A stretch of 64,000 nt of DNA, taken from positions 44,082,001 to 44,146,000 of the forward strand of contig NC_043000.1 of the NCBI RefSeq assembly GCF_006345805.1. Direction: 5' to 3'. This document shows, piece after piece, positions 48,400-61,445 of the stretch (positions within the stretch are counted from its first letter, which is position 1; every line of letters begins with the position of its first letter). The notes under the pieces are model-generated. The model searched no databases and was not told the origin of the DNA. It worked only from the letters and a program-made list of their open reading frames with translations. Origin of the DNA: Octopus sinensis. Lineage: Eukaryota. The position numbers and the translations under genes were made by a program.

Positions 48400-49430
48400 A
48401 TTAATAACCTTTTGCAATTTAGGTTCCACACTGTCCCTTTCGCCACAGGAGACGTCTGAGGTGTTCGAAACGGGAAGGTTCATTTCACGGGTTTATTATT
48501 AAGACTGCTTTTGTCAAGTGTTCATATTTGGCAATAATCAAAAGGAGTTCTCGAACTCAACTCAACTATGATCATAAAATCATTTTTTTCTATTTCTAAA
48601 AGAGTGTGGGAGTTTTCCTAAGCCACTCATTTCCCCACTTATAATTTCGATCTGCTTCTATGTCTAAGAATTTTCTCAAATCACTCTCCATTCGTTGCAG
48701 GTAAATGGGTATTAATGTGAAAACATCCGTTTATAGTGGGATAGTGGAAAACGTTTGTGCCTGGGAATCCGCGTTGAAAATAATTTTGATATACTCAAAT
48801 TAGTGGGCAGGATTCAGAAGATAGTAGTCAGGCTGCATATTACTTAAGAAAACATTTGCTACTGAATAGATGTACTCTAACGTTTGACATTTTGACATTG
48901 TCTACTCTCTTTCGTCTAGCATAATCTGTAGATAATTTAGCGTAATTTGTCTCTGTTTTATTTGGTTTATATACCTCTGTGCCACCCACTCTTCAATGTT
49001 TATATTTCTCTAGTGAACTTCCACCGAACATGTTTGTGAGTTTTGCAAAAGAAATATTTTGCGTTGAATTTTTAATGCTGTTGATAGTATAAAACCATCG
49101 TTGTCGCTGCTACTCTTAATTCATATATTATTGGCGACAATGATACCGGTAGTAGCAATTTTGTGGAGAATATAAGATTTTCTGCTTCTGGTTATTTTTA
49201 GACTGTCTTTGCTTCACATTTTAGGGAGTTTTCCACTTTTAATCTTGTTACTGTCGTCGTTGTTCTTGTTCTTGTTGCTAATTCTTTTGGTATTCTTGTT
49301 TTTCATGCTGCTTTTGCTGCTACTCATATGACTGTTGATATTTTTAATTGCATCTGAATAAGTGGATGTGAGAAGTTGATTGCGAAAGACAAAATCACCT
49401 TCAATTCGCTTCTTACCTTCATCCATTCTC
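48400..49430 (-). mobile_element. Highly decayed ORF1 related to the 33608 and 52716 ORF1s
   Basis: Minus strand FNADSQAQTFSTIPL*TDVFTLIPIYLQR near 48790-48700 parallels FKSETAARRMAVKAVKSERVTLLPMYLNR and FKNAETAQKHSIKSLESEDTMLIPIYMR. Confidence 0.5.
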
Positions 49431-51072
49431 AGATTGGCGAGGAAGACGATGCTATTTTGAAATTACGTTTTTATGTATCGCAAAATGACTTTCCCATAAG
49501 ATTTTGCCCTTAATTCGTGTAATAAAATCCTTGTTTAGTCCTTGACGGTTATGGTGAAATAGAGAAACGAGACAGAAAATGAAAATCAATAACAAAAGAA
49601 AAACAAAAACAGGCTATTAATTAATGCAAAAATATGATTGAGATTCCGAAAGACATTTAACTTTCGTGACAAATAGCAACAATAATTATAATAATGATGG
49701 TGTTGATAATGATATTATTGATATTGTAATCATCATCATCATCAGCTTTACCGTTATGTGAACCAAAAAGATTGAGCGTAGTACAGGACGATGCAATACA
49801 ATGATGGCTTAAATAAAGCATATAAGCGATAAATACAAAGAAACTAACATATTCAAGCAACATATATATCCGCAATAAAATAAGGGTGGACGCTCTCTAT
49901 CAATCTACTGGCGAATGTTCAGATCATGTCAATTCACTCAGACCATAATTATTATACTCAACACACGCCTTCAAATTTGCTGCTTGACAGCACATAGTTC
50001 CCCATCTTAATTTTACTTTCATTGAGAAAATGTGACAATGGTTTGGCGAAAGAGAAATATCACTTCCGTATCAGTCTAGTTCACCCGACAACCTCTTCCG
50101 TTATTCCGAAACGGCTAAAGGAAGACGTGTGGGCGAACTTCACAAGAAGCGAAAACGGCACCCAGATCCGTTACGAACGTACCACAAACTTCAAGCTCTC
50201 CTTCGATAAGTATTTTTAGAGTATTGTTTCCATTTCTCTCTAACGTAAAATGCATTATGGCCTATTTGAAGTAACTTCTCGCCGATTTCATCAATTGATA
50301 TGTCTCTTATACTCATTTATATGTTCATATTTTATATTTAATGAAATGAAACTGGACACGTTTGTGACTTTAACGATTGAATAGTTTATATGTTGATGTG
50401 TTTTAAATGCTGTTGCTTCTGGTGTTATTAATATCATCTATATTGCTATCTTAATTGGTTTTCCTTTGGTAGCTTCAAGCGGCGTTGCCGGTGGTGGCAA
50501 TGAATAATGTGCTTCTGCGGGCAATTTTATGAGTTCTTTTGCATGGCATATCATTGTTATTTCTGATGCTATCTTCTTTGTTTTTATATTTATCGTTTTT
50601 GTAAATTTTCTTTTTACTAACCAATAATTCTACTGTCTTTAATCATTTTAAATTACGACTACCTCTGCAACATTGTGTGTAGGTATTTATTGCGTAATTA
50701 TGGTTTCATCTTCAGTTTCTCGTCCTACGTTCCACTCTTACTGATTTGTCGAGAATGTCAAAGCTATTTTCAACTTCTTCTGTGTCTTGAAATAATTTGC
50801 CGTACGATTGCCCAATTGAGTGGTCGACAATAACTGTTCAAGTGTTCCACACAAAATGGTAAAGAAAATTCTAAATTTAACAGTGTGCAGCAAATCGGGG
50901 AGCCTCTAAATTACCTTCAGTTTCAGCGATAACTAACAAAGCATCAACGTCTACAGTAGCAATAGCAACCACAATAACAATGATGATGATAGTGATGATA
51001 TTGACGATGATGATGATTATTATGACGACGACGACGATGACGATGGTAATAATGGTTTCGAATTTTGGCACA

Positions 51073-51245
51073 AGGCAGTGATTTCGGTGAGGAAGACTAT
51101 AAATTCGATTACATTGACCCCAGTTATTAACTGGTACTTATTTCATCGACTTTAGAAATATGGAAGACAAAGCCGACCAGGGCAACATTTTAGCTCAGAA
51201 CTTAAAGACGGAATAAAAACTGCTCAGTATTTTCGCCAGTGCAGT
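51073..51245 (-). mobile_element. Old degenerate SINE of the 23715 family
   Basis: ttgaccccag...ctggtacttatttcatcgac core. Confidence 0.65.
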
Positions 51246-51317
51246 AAGAAAGAACAATAACACAAAGGTGACGAAAATATGTTCTGCAACAGGGTAGTAT
51301 AAAGACATGGATGGGCA

Positions 51318-51720
51318 TATAAAAGGGAGTAACCAAAAGAAATCGGAATTTTGCAATACCACTTTATTAACATATATTTACATGTTTACACTTTTATCGC
51401 ATTCAGAGGATTCTCCATTTGAAGCAATGCAAATTTCTAGATGCACTTTCTACTATTCGAAGCAGTCTTGAAACTCTTGGTAAGTGATTCCTTTTAACGC
51501 CTCCGTCGTTTTGTCTTTCACATTTTCCACATCTGCAAATTATGTAGTCACCAGTGATGACCTGCCGAAAAAATGTCAAGATCAACTTCCAACCATTCTT
51601 TCAGTTCACGACGCGCATTCAGTCGTGATCGGTTTTGATCTTCCGTGAAAAAGCGAGGCACAAATATTGCTACAACAGTTTTCATTTGCACTTCTTCACT
51701 CAAAGTTCGTTAATTGTTCG
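51318..51720 (-). mobile_element. Internally deleted mariner remnant
   Basis: FVPRFFTEDQNRSRLNARRELKEWLE...RVITGD joined directly to the C-terminal ADVENVKDKTTEALKGITYQEFQDCFE...CIASNGE; TIR-like gggagtaaccaaaagaaatcggaatt next to TA. Confidence 0.8.
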
Positions 51721-52043
51721 GCGACGGTTACGTTTATGCATTTTTGTGATGGTCTCATGCGTTCAGGAGATTCATGATCGTCCTGAAGAGGATTAGACTT
51801 AAAACGACTTATGACCGTTCCTGTATATGACAAAATTCCGTGCTGCATATTTTAAAAACTACCAGGAAAATAAACGATTCTTAATTGTTATACCAGTAGT
51901 AATTGATGGCCGTCTATGCATTGAAAAAAAGTGATAATAAATGCAAATATAACTATATTAACATACGAATATAATTAGAAGTAATGGAAAAAGAAAGTAG
52001 CAATCCCTCTAAAATGCCTAACTTGTACAAAAATTGACCTAAC

Positions 52044-52112
<69 letters not shown>

Positions 52113-52629
52113 CAGCAGCAGCAGCAGCATATTTTCATTATGTTACAAATACTGTAATGAAATTATTGATATTGTTGCTGTATTTGCTTTACTGCTTCCT
52201 AGATAATATTTTACGAGCATAAATACATTATTTGATAACACTGACCTATAAATATATGGTACACTCCATTTCTCGTGAATTTAAATGAGCTTGAACAGGA
52301 TTGAACTAGCATTAGCAAAAAAATCAAAGTCAATCGTTATTAGCGATTTTTTATTCGATCAAAAATTGACACGGCAAGATAGATACTTAAGACATGTTAG
52401 GTCCGAAAATTAAAAACACATCATTACAGTCTCATTTACATAACACAAAACAATCATAGCTGCATAATACTTGGATTTTAACTAAAAACATTAGATTTCC
52501 AAGTGAAAGCACTAGTACTGCAATTACCAAAAATGGATTTATGCTCAACCGATGCAAAATAGAGGACAGGTATTTTGCAGGGATAAAAAATCAAATATTG
52601 TTACTAAATAAGATTTTTGATAACACTTA

Positions 52630-52693
52630 GGTGGCGAGCTGGCAGAAACGTTAGCACGCCGGGCGAAATGCTTAGCGGTATTTCGTACGTCTG
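52630..52693 (+). mobile_element. SINE 5' fragment abutting the Tx1-like element
   Basis: ggtggcgagctggcagaaacgttagcacgccgggcgaaatgcttagcggtatttcg matches the 20454 head, then stops. Confidence 0.88.
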
Positions 52694-55010
52694 TTATTGA
52701 AAATTTATTGTTAGTGTGTTCGTAAGTTTCTGTTCATTTTTATATCTCTTGTTGGGCCTATTGTTGGAATTATTTTTGAAAAATTGTAGTATAGTTTTCT
52801 TTCGAAGGCTATCTGTGGTTTTCCCCTGTGAGGAAAGCATTAATTGCCGGCAAGATGCGAAAATTTTGTCTTATTCGTCACGTGATGAATCATCGATTGA
52901 GCGAGAAGCAAAGAAAATAGAAGGTTTAATTTTTGATAACGTTTCTGATGTGTCTGAAAGCGAATTTCCGGCATTTCCAAGAGTTACGAACACCAAAAGA
53001 AAAGACAGAAGAAAGGACCATCCAAACATAATTATCAAAATACAAAGATATGATAATAGAACGGGATGGAATTATAAAAGAGGAAATAGCAGCAGAGTTA
53101 ACGGAGGAAAAATGAAAATCATTATTTTAAAGACATTCTGGTTAAAAGCTCGTAAAGTTGATAAGATATGTGAGCAAAAAATTGGAAAATGCCTAAAACC
53201 CATCTTGCAGGACATTACATATCAGGCTAGAGGGAAGGAGTTTGAAACCATTGTGGTGAGGTTCAAGAATGCAGAAACAGCACAAAAACACTCTATAAAA
53301 TCTTTAGAGTCGGAAGACACAATGTTAATCCCAATTTACATGCGAATATGAACATCAAAGGTGAGAATACAAAGAATTCCACCCGGAGCAAACCTTATGT
53401 GCTTGATGGCGGCAATCTTGGTAAACAGGGACGATAATATTAACCTCCTGCAGGCTACAGTCAGAGAAAATACCTATTGGACTGGTCAAACGGTTAACCT
53501 CCTACTGCAGGCTGACCAAACAATTTTAGAACAGCTCCCAGAAACTGTGGAAGTAGGGGAGGAAGTTCTAAATATTTGTGTTGAGGAGCATAAGCCCCGA
53601 TATTTCCAGTGTGGCCAACTGGGTCACATTAAAACATATTGTAAAGGTGCAGAAGAATCAGACGCCGAGGAGGAAGAAAGAGAGAGAAACAGAAGGAAAA
53701 ATAAACAACAAAAGGAAGACGGAAGGCTCGAACCAGCAAAAGCAGAGCGAGCCAAGACCCCCACCCCCACCCCCCAAAAAACAGCCAAGAGAGACAGATC
53801 GAGGAAGGTGGAGGGGGTGACCAACAGAGGAATAGCTGCACTACACAGCAAAAATGAAAACTTAATGCGGGAAATAAAAACCAAGAAATCAGCAACTAAA
53901 TTAATTGAACTGTTATATAAATATAAAAACTATGAGTCTTATTAATTGGACGAGAAAACGTATAGTATGTTGTTTAACACATAGAAAATCGGTCACAACA
54001 TTGAGACTTGATTTTCACCAATCTATGTTTGAAGGCTTGCCATCTCCGACCCTAAGTCAAGAAAATGTGGAGAGTCCCTCTCCACAGGACGCCTCGATCT
54101 AAAAGGTAAGTCACGTCTGTTCACATTGGTTGTATAAATGTTCGTGGTCTGATGTCGAGTTGGAAGCAAGGGTGCTTCCTAAATAAAATCAGGTGGAGAA
54201 ATTTGATGGTAATTTTTGCAACGGAAACCCGGGTGAAAGGGCGAAGAGATCCGTTCCCCCTCCTGAACAGCTACGAGAAATACGTTTCTTCGAGTCGGGC
54301 GGGAAGTGGTTGTGGGGTGTTGGTCCTACTAAGAAGAAACCGGGCAGCCGAGAAAAAGCTGGTTTTCTGTGGCCTGACATTGTGGGAAGATAATCAGGCT
54401 GATCGCTATTTATGCACCCAATATTTTCCTGACCTGAGAAATTTCCTAGTCACGTCGCATTCGCTAGTATTGTTAGGAGACTTTAACACAATATGTGAAG
54501 CACACACAGGTTGAGTTGGCTCGAACATGAACAGAAAATGTAACCCAGGCTTACGGGATCTGCTAAATCAATTTCAGCTAGCAGATCCATATAGGTTGCA
54601 ACACCCGAACAATTCACAGTGAATGTGTTCAAATAGTGACGGGTCTTCCAGAACATATCTAGATAGGATTTTAATTAGAGAAACAGATAAGTCCATAGCC
54701 GAGTGTCCACAGTTTTTTTCTAGTGAGCTACAGTGACCACAAGATGGTTGGTTACCTGTAAACTGACGGTAGATATGTTGCATAGTCAGGGATCTGGTTA
54801 CTGGAAACTCAATGAGTCCCTTTTTGCTATAGAGGAGTCAGAAAGCGGATCAAACTGTTAATACAGAGGGCATTAACAGGTACCATCATTAATAATACGT
54901 GGTGGTACGCCCTAAAAAAGTGCCATCAAATATGAGTATATTAGATTTAGCGTAAGTTTAGTTAAGAAGGCACGTAGAATACGAGATGGTCAAGTGAATG
55001 ACATTTCGGC
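52694..55010 (+). mobile_element. Decayed 5' half of a Tx1-like LINE (ORF1 with degenerate knuckle; ORF2 APE domain)
   Basis: ORF1 similar to the 33608 element (RIQRIPP; FQCGQLGHIKTYC). ORF2 has ATETR, GVLVLL, LVLLGDFN, RTYLDRI, DHKMV and GSGYWKLN. No RT follows. Confidence 0.82.
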
Positions 55011-55073
55011 ATGTAGTGTGCCTTCCACAGGTTAAAAAAATAAACTTCTCAATCTACCCCATGTTTGGTAATA

Positions 55074-55220
55074 TTTTATAGGATTGAGGAAACTCCTCCA
55101 ATAAGTAAAATGAAGTAGATTGTGCAAGTAATGCCGAAATACCCCTCACTTGATAGCAATGGCACTCTTCTTTTTTTGCTGCTATATACCTACTAGAGGA
55201 GATACCTCAATCCTATAAAA
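55074..55220. mobile_element. 147-bp MITE-like element with 25-bp terminal inverted repeats
   Basis: ttttataggattgaggaaactcctc (55074-55098) versus the reverse complement of 55196-55220, 23/25 match. Confidence 0.65.
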
Positions 55221-55224
55221 AACA

Positions 55225-55303
55225 TAATAATAATAATAATAATAACAATAATAATAATAATAATAATAATATAATAATAATAATGATGATGATGATGATG
55301 ATG

Positions 55304-55339
<36 letters not shown>

Positions 55340-55418
55340 GTAATAATAATAGTAATAAAAATAAAAATATTAATAATATTAATAACAACAATAATAATAA
55401 TAATAATAACAATAATAA
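55225..55418. repeat. (TAA)n/(TGA)n microsatellite
   Basis: Direct reading. Confidence 0.95.
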
Positions 55419-56942
55419 TCTAGAACACAGAACATATAGAACACATGTAACTGACCCTTTTTATCGCATTATAGATACCTTACTAATAACACTAACAAGT
55501 CCAATGATTACAATAGCATCATTCTTCTTTAGGAAAAGTATATAATTGTAAAATGCTATGATGAACCGTGAAGTTTGGCGTGGCATCGTAAATTCCATTG
55601 TCTCGACCACGGTCGAACAATGATGATGATGATTCCTCATTTTTATTTGACTAATCTTCTATATAAGTATCTTAAGCCTTTACACGATTCCACTATTCTA
55701 AACATACTACTTACCCGAACTCTGTATAACTTTAAATAACATAATTCGTAATTAGACTCCACTCTGATTGGAATTACATTACAACGCTTCTACGAAATAT
55801 ATTCTCGAGCAACCAATTAACATATTTTAGCAACCACTCAGGATAGTCTCTCCTAACGTATTAACTTTAAGATCTGTCTGTTTTTACTTCATTGCTTCTC
55901 CTATATCGACATTTGAACGTTCGCATTCTCTTCATTAAACTTACGATTTTAGATATTATTTACTGAGAGCTACAATAAATAATTTCTTCATTTTGGTAAT
56001 TTCCCATAAATACATATATCTACTGCGCAGTCACTGTTTTCAGGAGCTACATTCTAATTAGCTGATTTCGAAACTGATATTTGAATAACATCGTAACTCT
56101 AAAACAGCTCTCCCTATACTTACGATAAGCTTTTCCTATCCATGCGCGTCGTATTGACCACACCATATAGGGTTTTTCTTTTACACACCACCCATGCGTT
56201 CGATATCTATTCTGACTTATAGTTGTAATATACTTGCCTCACGTGCTGGCAGCATTATAGGCATCCTCTTCCTCAAACCGTAAATTCAATAATCCCTGTC
56301 CATATTGTCCCCTGTTTTTATTCTTTGCATATTTTTCTGTTGATCTAGAAATTTATGTATCTACTCTTCTCATAATTGTTAGTTTATACTTATTCTTATA
56401 TAATTAACTCGCATTTTCTGCCCTTTTTCCGTTAGGCCTTCTTCTATAACTCACTGATACTAGACTACAACTCTCTAATACGAATTTGTCTCATAACCAC
56501 TCAAATGAGCGCTATCCATATGCCTTGCAATTATATAGATAACTATCAGTCGTTTTGAGATAAGGAACCATCTGTGCATCAACACTTCAAACAATTCTAG
56601 GTGACCATCTGCACATCATTTTACTTGATTATGCTTTGTGATCTTTACATCTGTAAAACGTCAACACACATGCTTAGTTATATAGCTACCATAATCTAAC
56701 CATAAATTATTTATTTGCCTCTTTATAATTATTTTTATAACACATTCATGCCTGTATACATGTATACGTATGTGTGTGTTTGTATGCGAGCGCGTGTGTG
56801 TGTATACATAAGCATATGTATATATATATATATATATATATATTGTACGTATATACGTATATAAATATATATATATGTTTAAATATATATATACAAATAT
56901 ATACATATATAGGTATATATATAGATATATATATATATATAT

Positions 56943-56973
<31 letters not shown>

Positions 56974-56980
56974 ATGTATG

Positions 56981-57012
<32 letters not shown>

Positions 57013-57021
57013 AATATATAT

Positions 57022-57072
<51 letters not shown>

Positions 57073-57270
57073 TCAATTCGTTTTGCAAGATTCCTGATGT
57101 GGAATCGTGTGTTGAGACATATTGCTGTAATTCGAGATGGTCATTTTAGTTATTGTTATTTTTTGGGGCCAAATAAACACACGCACTACATATTGTTTCT
57201 TCACTCGTTCATTACTGTTATTTTATTATTTTGATGACTGAAAAAAAATGATGATGCCCTGAAGTACAAC

Positions 57271-57347
<77 letters not shown>

Positions 57348-57941
57348 TATATTATATATTTATGTATGTATGTATATATTGAGCAAAAACAAATAAGATC
57401 CAAGTGAATTCCAATGAATTCAAATGAATATGGTACTTAACTTAGATGCACCAGAATTCATTTATGGTATTAAACATAAAATAATGTGGGGTGATTATAA
57501 CCACGAAAAAATCAACAAGAATGGATTAGTAGTTTAGTACAATTGTTTCATACTAAGAACAATTTTATTTGAAGCTGAAAATATTGCAGCAAATACAAAT
57601 GTCCATTATTCATCAGCTAAATCACATATATGTTTTCCAGACATCCTAGAGAGTTTGATTATCCTCATGAAGTATTAGGAGTGAGTTCTATGAAATTTAA
57701 TGTCAAATTATAAGCTGACTAAAATTGCTTTCTAATGATGCACAGTTTTATAAAAAGTTTTTTAAAAGTTTGTAAACTTCCCAGAGAAGGTGAATCCCTC
57801 CATAAAAATGTCGATATAATTTCCGGAGACATGAGGAAAGCTGCTGGTCACACAGCGGTTCATTTCACAACTAAACTGTTGTCAAACTTACAGGGAAAAA
57901 TCAGATTTTGGATTGAATCCAATTTTATAGTAAAATATTAT

Positions 57942-58390
57942 ATTATATTAAATTAGAGATAAAACCACTATTAGGCAAATCAAACAATGAAAAACTTAAG
58001 CCAATAAATAAAATTAATTAATTTATATTACTTTAAATATATATCAAAATTATTTAAAAATTAATGAGTAAAACATTACGATCGTTTCATGGCTGTCCAA
58101 TTCGTAATAATTCGAGTTATATTTACAGTCAATCTTCTGGTAATTGAAATATTTATCTTTGCTAAACCTCGCTAAGATAAATATTTCAATTACCTGAAGA
58201 TTGACTGTAACCATAACTCGAATTATTACGAATTGGACAGCCATGAAACGATCGTAGTATTTTACTCATTACCTTTTAATACTTTTGATATATATTTAAA
58301 ATAATATAAATTAATTAATTTTAGGTATTGGGTTAAGTTTTTCATTGTTTGATTTGCCTAATAGTGGTTTTATCTCTAATTTAATATAAT
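57942..58390. repeat. ~450-bp foldback palindrome (arms ~218 bp, ~14-nt loop)
   Basis: 57942-58159 is the near reverse complement of 58174-58390. Confidence 0.93.
58189..58260 (+). ncRNA. Hammerhead-like motif in the right arm of the foldback
   Basis: ATTAC CTGAAGA t-TGACTGT...ACAGCCA-t GAAA CGATC GTAGT. The left arm carries the mirror copy with CAGAAGA. Confidence 0.5.
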
Positions 58391-58612
58391 GTATATATAT
58401 ATATATATATTACGGAGATGTACTCGCATAGCAAGTAATTTGATCTGAGATCGTGTGCTGAAACGAAAACAATTGCAGCGTGGAAGGTGTTTATAAGCCA
58501 TTTAAGAAACACACAAAAGCCGTTCGGTTCACTTCAACATTTAAGTTTAATTTCTCAAAATATTTTCGTCGCTAAAATCCGCGACCTGTTCACTGACAAA
58601 TTCCGTGCTGCA

Positions 58613-58668
<56 letters not shown>

Positions 58669-58868
58669 TACTATACACATACAAAGACAGAGAGAAAGAG
58701 AGAAAGGGAGAGAAAGCAACATATATAAAGTAAGTAAAATGGGAAAATGATGGGCTTGGTGTGCGACTAAATGACCGATTTGATTGCAACATAAAAGGTC
58801 ATCACTTGAAACGGTGCTGCATGAACTCATAAATTTCTACGCGGTCCTGCATATGTATCCATACCTTC

Positions 58869-58899
<31 letters not shown>

Positions 58900-59201
58900 C
58901 GTGTGTGCGTGTGTGTGTGTGCGTGCGCGCGCGTGTGTTTATATATATAACAATATGTGTGCGTGTGTGTGTGTGTGCATGTATATATTTGATATTTGTG
59001 TGTGTGTATACAAATAGCATGATAATAGTCTATAAAGAATTTATGCCCCAGTGGTACCTGACCATATGTTAAGGACATATAACAATTATTTATGTAAAGC
59101 AATCATTCTATTGCTCCAATCCCATGTTGAATTCCAGCTTTTGGCCAATTTCTCCCAAAGTATCTCGTCATAAATATATATACAGATATATATATAATAT
59201 A

Positions 59202-59284
<83 letters not shown>

Positions 59285-59969
59285 GATATACATATACATA
59301 TGTTTGTGTGGGTGAGTTTTTTCAAGATTATATTTACAGAAAAATATATTAAGTTTCAAAAATTAGAATTCCAGGCAGCTTATGTTTTGTATACTGAATT
59401 AATAATTCGATTGCGAAATTTCATTTTTCTCAATGTTAATGCCCTTGAGTAGGTATTTTTAAACAATGCTTTGTGATGTAATTTACTTCCCATGAGATAA
59501 ATAGTTAAGTTTTTTTCGGAGATGTTTAGAATGTATATAATTATATTTAATATGCACTTTGCAGACATACACACTACTCGCGCGCGCACCCACACACACG
59601 TACACATACACGCATACATATATGCATACATACTTGGAGCGGAAACAGGCATCATATCGGCAAAAACCAAGGCATAGTTATATATTCCATCAGCTGGAGA
59701 GTAACAACAATCACTGAGAAGGATAATATCCCGTCATGGAGCTACGAGAACAGAAACATTTCATCGCACCTAGAAGGATATTCCTATGCTATTCAGGAAG
59801 AGGTATCTACAAGATACCTGATAAACAAATGTCCACAATATAATAAATGCCCATGAGGCATGATATAGGTACAAAAACTATTTACAACGTTATACGCTGG
59901 AAGGGTTGCCTTAAGCACATATCAAAGTAATCTCAGAAGCAGCCGGTTTTCACACCTTTAAAACTAAGG

Positions 59970-60110
59970 AAAACTGTACGTTATTTACATTATTTACCTT
60001 CGACGGATATCTGTCCGCATCTTGTTTGTTGTTAACACAATGTTTCGGCTGATATACTCTCCAGCCTTCTTCAGGTGTCTTGGGGAAATAAAGAATATCG
60101 GTTCTCATTC
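59970..60110 (-). mobile_element. Inverted PLE pLTR-like tail with hammerhead motif (60035-60078)
   Basis: Minus strand ACAC CTGAAGA A GGCT-GGAGAGTATATC-AGCC GAAA CATT GTGT; same family as 13025-13190. Confidence 0.8.
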
Positions 60111-60560
60111 TACAGTCTGTCTACCCTATGTGAAAGGCCTCTCTACAAAGATACGAAAGATGTGCGGCCCATATGAAGAGAATATGACCACCTCTTCTAA
60201 ACCACCAATAGAAGAGAATATGACCAAAGACTACGTGTACTCCATCCCATGCAGCTGTGGTAGGTTATACAAAGGCGAAACATGCCGCCCCTACAAAATA
60301 AGTTTAGACGGACATCGCAAAGCTGTGACACGAGAAGATATGGCTAAATCGGGTAAAGCTGATCATGTATAGAAAAATGGAGACCACTTCCCCCTGTGGG
60401 ATAAAGTTAAATAATAGAGAGATAACGCCACGGTAAAAAACGAAAACTAAAAGAAGCAGCACATATGCTAGGACCCAACAACCTCCAAAGCAGACCAAGT
60501 GCAGATATGAACGGCATATGGGAACCAGAATTAAAGAAGGATAGAAAAATATTAGATTTA
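60111..60560 (+). mobile_element. Penelope/Poseidon-like element 3' end: GIY-YIG endonuclease pseudogene
   Basis: LPYVKGLS linker, then VYSIPCSCGRLYKGETCRP...HRKAV...ADHV, and downstream HFPLWDKVK; stops and frameshifts present. Confidence 0.88.
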
Positions 60561-60586
60561 TAAGCCCTAAAATTCACTCCATAATA

Positions 60587-60781
60587 GCCCTCGGGCATAT
60601 GACGTAGTGGCTAAGAACGCAGGCTACTAAGCCCAAGATTCCGAGGTCCGTTCCAAGCAGTGACCTGAACAACAACAACAGTAATAATAATGATAATAAT
60701 AATAATAATAATAATAATAATATCGAAAACATCGATGTAAATAATGTATATAATACCTCATCTCTTATATATAGAACTGTA
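60587..60781 (+). mobile_element. tRNA-like head + (TAA)n + tail end (internally deleted copy of the 13025-13385 composite)
   Basis: gccctcgggcatatgacgtagtggctaag head; 60736-60781 matches the reverse complement of 13025-13071. Confidence 0.78.
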
Positions 60782-61445
60782 AGGAAAACTGGAGGAACAT
60801 TCCAATAGAAAACAGACGTGATATTATTCTGTGATATTATTATTATAACGAAATAATGCACTGTTGTAGAGGTTAACTACCCAACAGTGGTGAATAAATG
60901 ATCAAATGCCCTGAAAAAATGAACCTTACTAACGAATTAAAACGAACATTACAGCATTGCCCTCTGACTATGAATTCTCATTTGCATCTGCGGTCATTGG
61001 TGTATTATGATATTCAGTTTCACGGAGAAAGAATAACAGAAATTGACGCAGATTATTCAAATCAAATCTATTATTGGCATTCTGAATATTTGTAAGACAT
61101 TCCAAAAATTACCCTTTGCAAACATTTGCACCAACTCAATCACGTATTTATATTCACCGAGAACTCAAGAAGCTCTGCCACTTTGTTAGCGACAGACTGC
61201 AGAACTCTGAAGGAAAACTTAAACCATAAACGAAAGCCTACATACACACACACACAGACACACACACATACAGACACACGCACACACACACACACACATA
61301 GACACGCATTTCATTTTTGTGTATTGTCTGCAAGATTTTTTTATGTGAATTCGTGTGTTGACGCAATATTTTGTCGTGTCTTGGGAGAGTCATTCTGTTT
61401 TAATGCTTCTGATTTTAATGCCTAGATATAACCAGAGAATTACAA

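Noticed and set aside
58555-58605. GTCGC-loop-GCGAC-GAAA on the minus strand
   Set aside because: The 5' box has two mismatches (GTGAACAG) and stems I and III cannot be formed.
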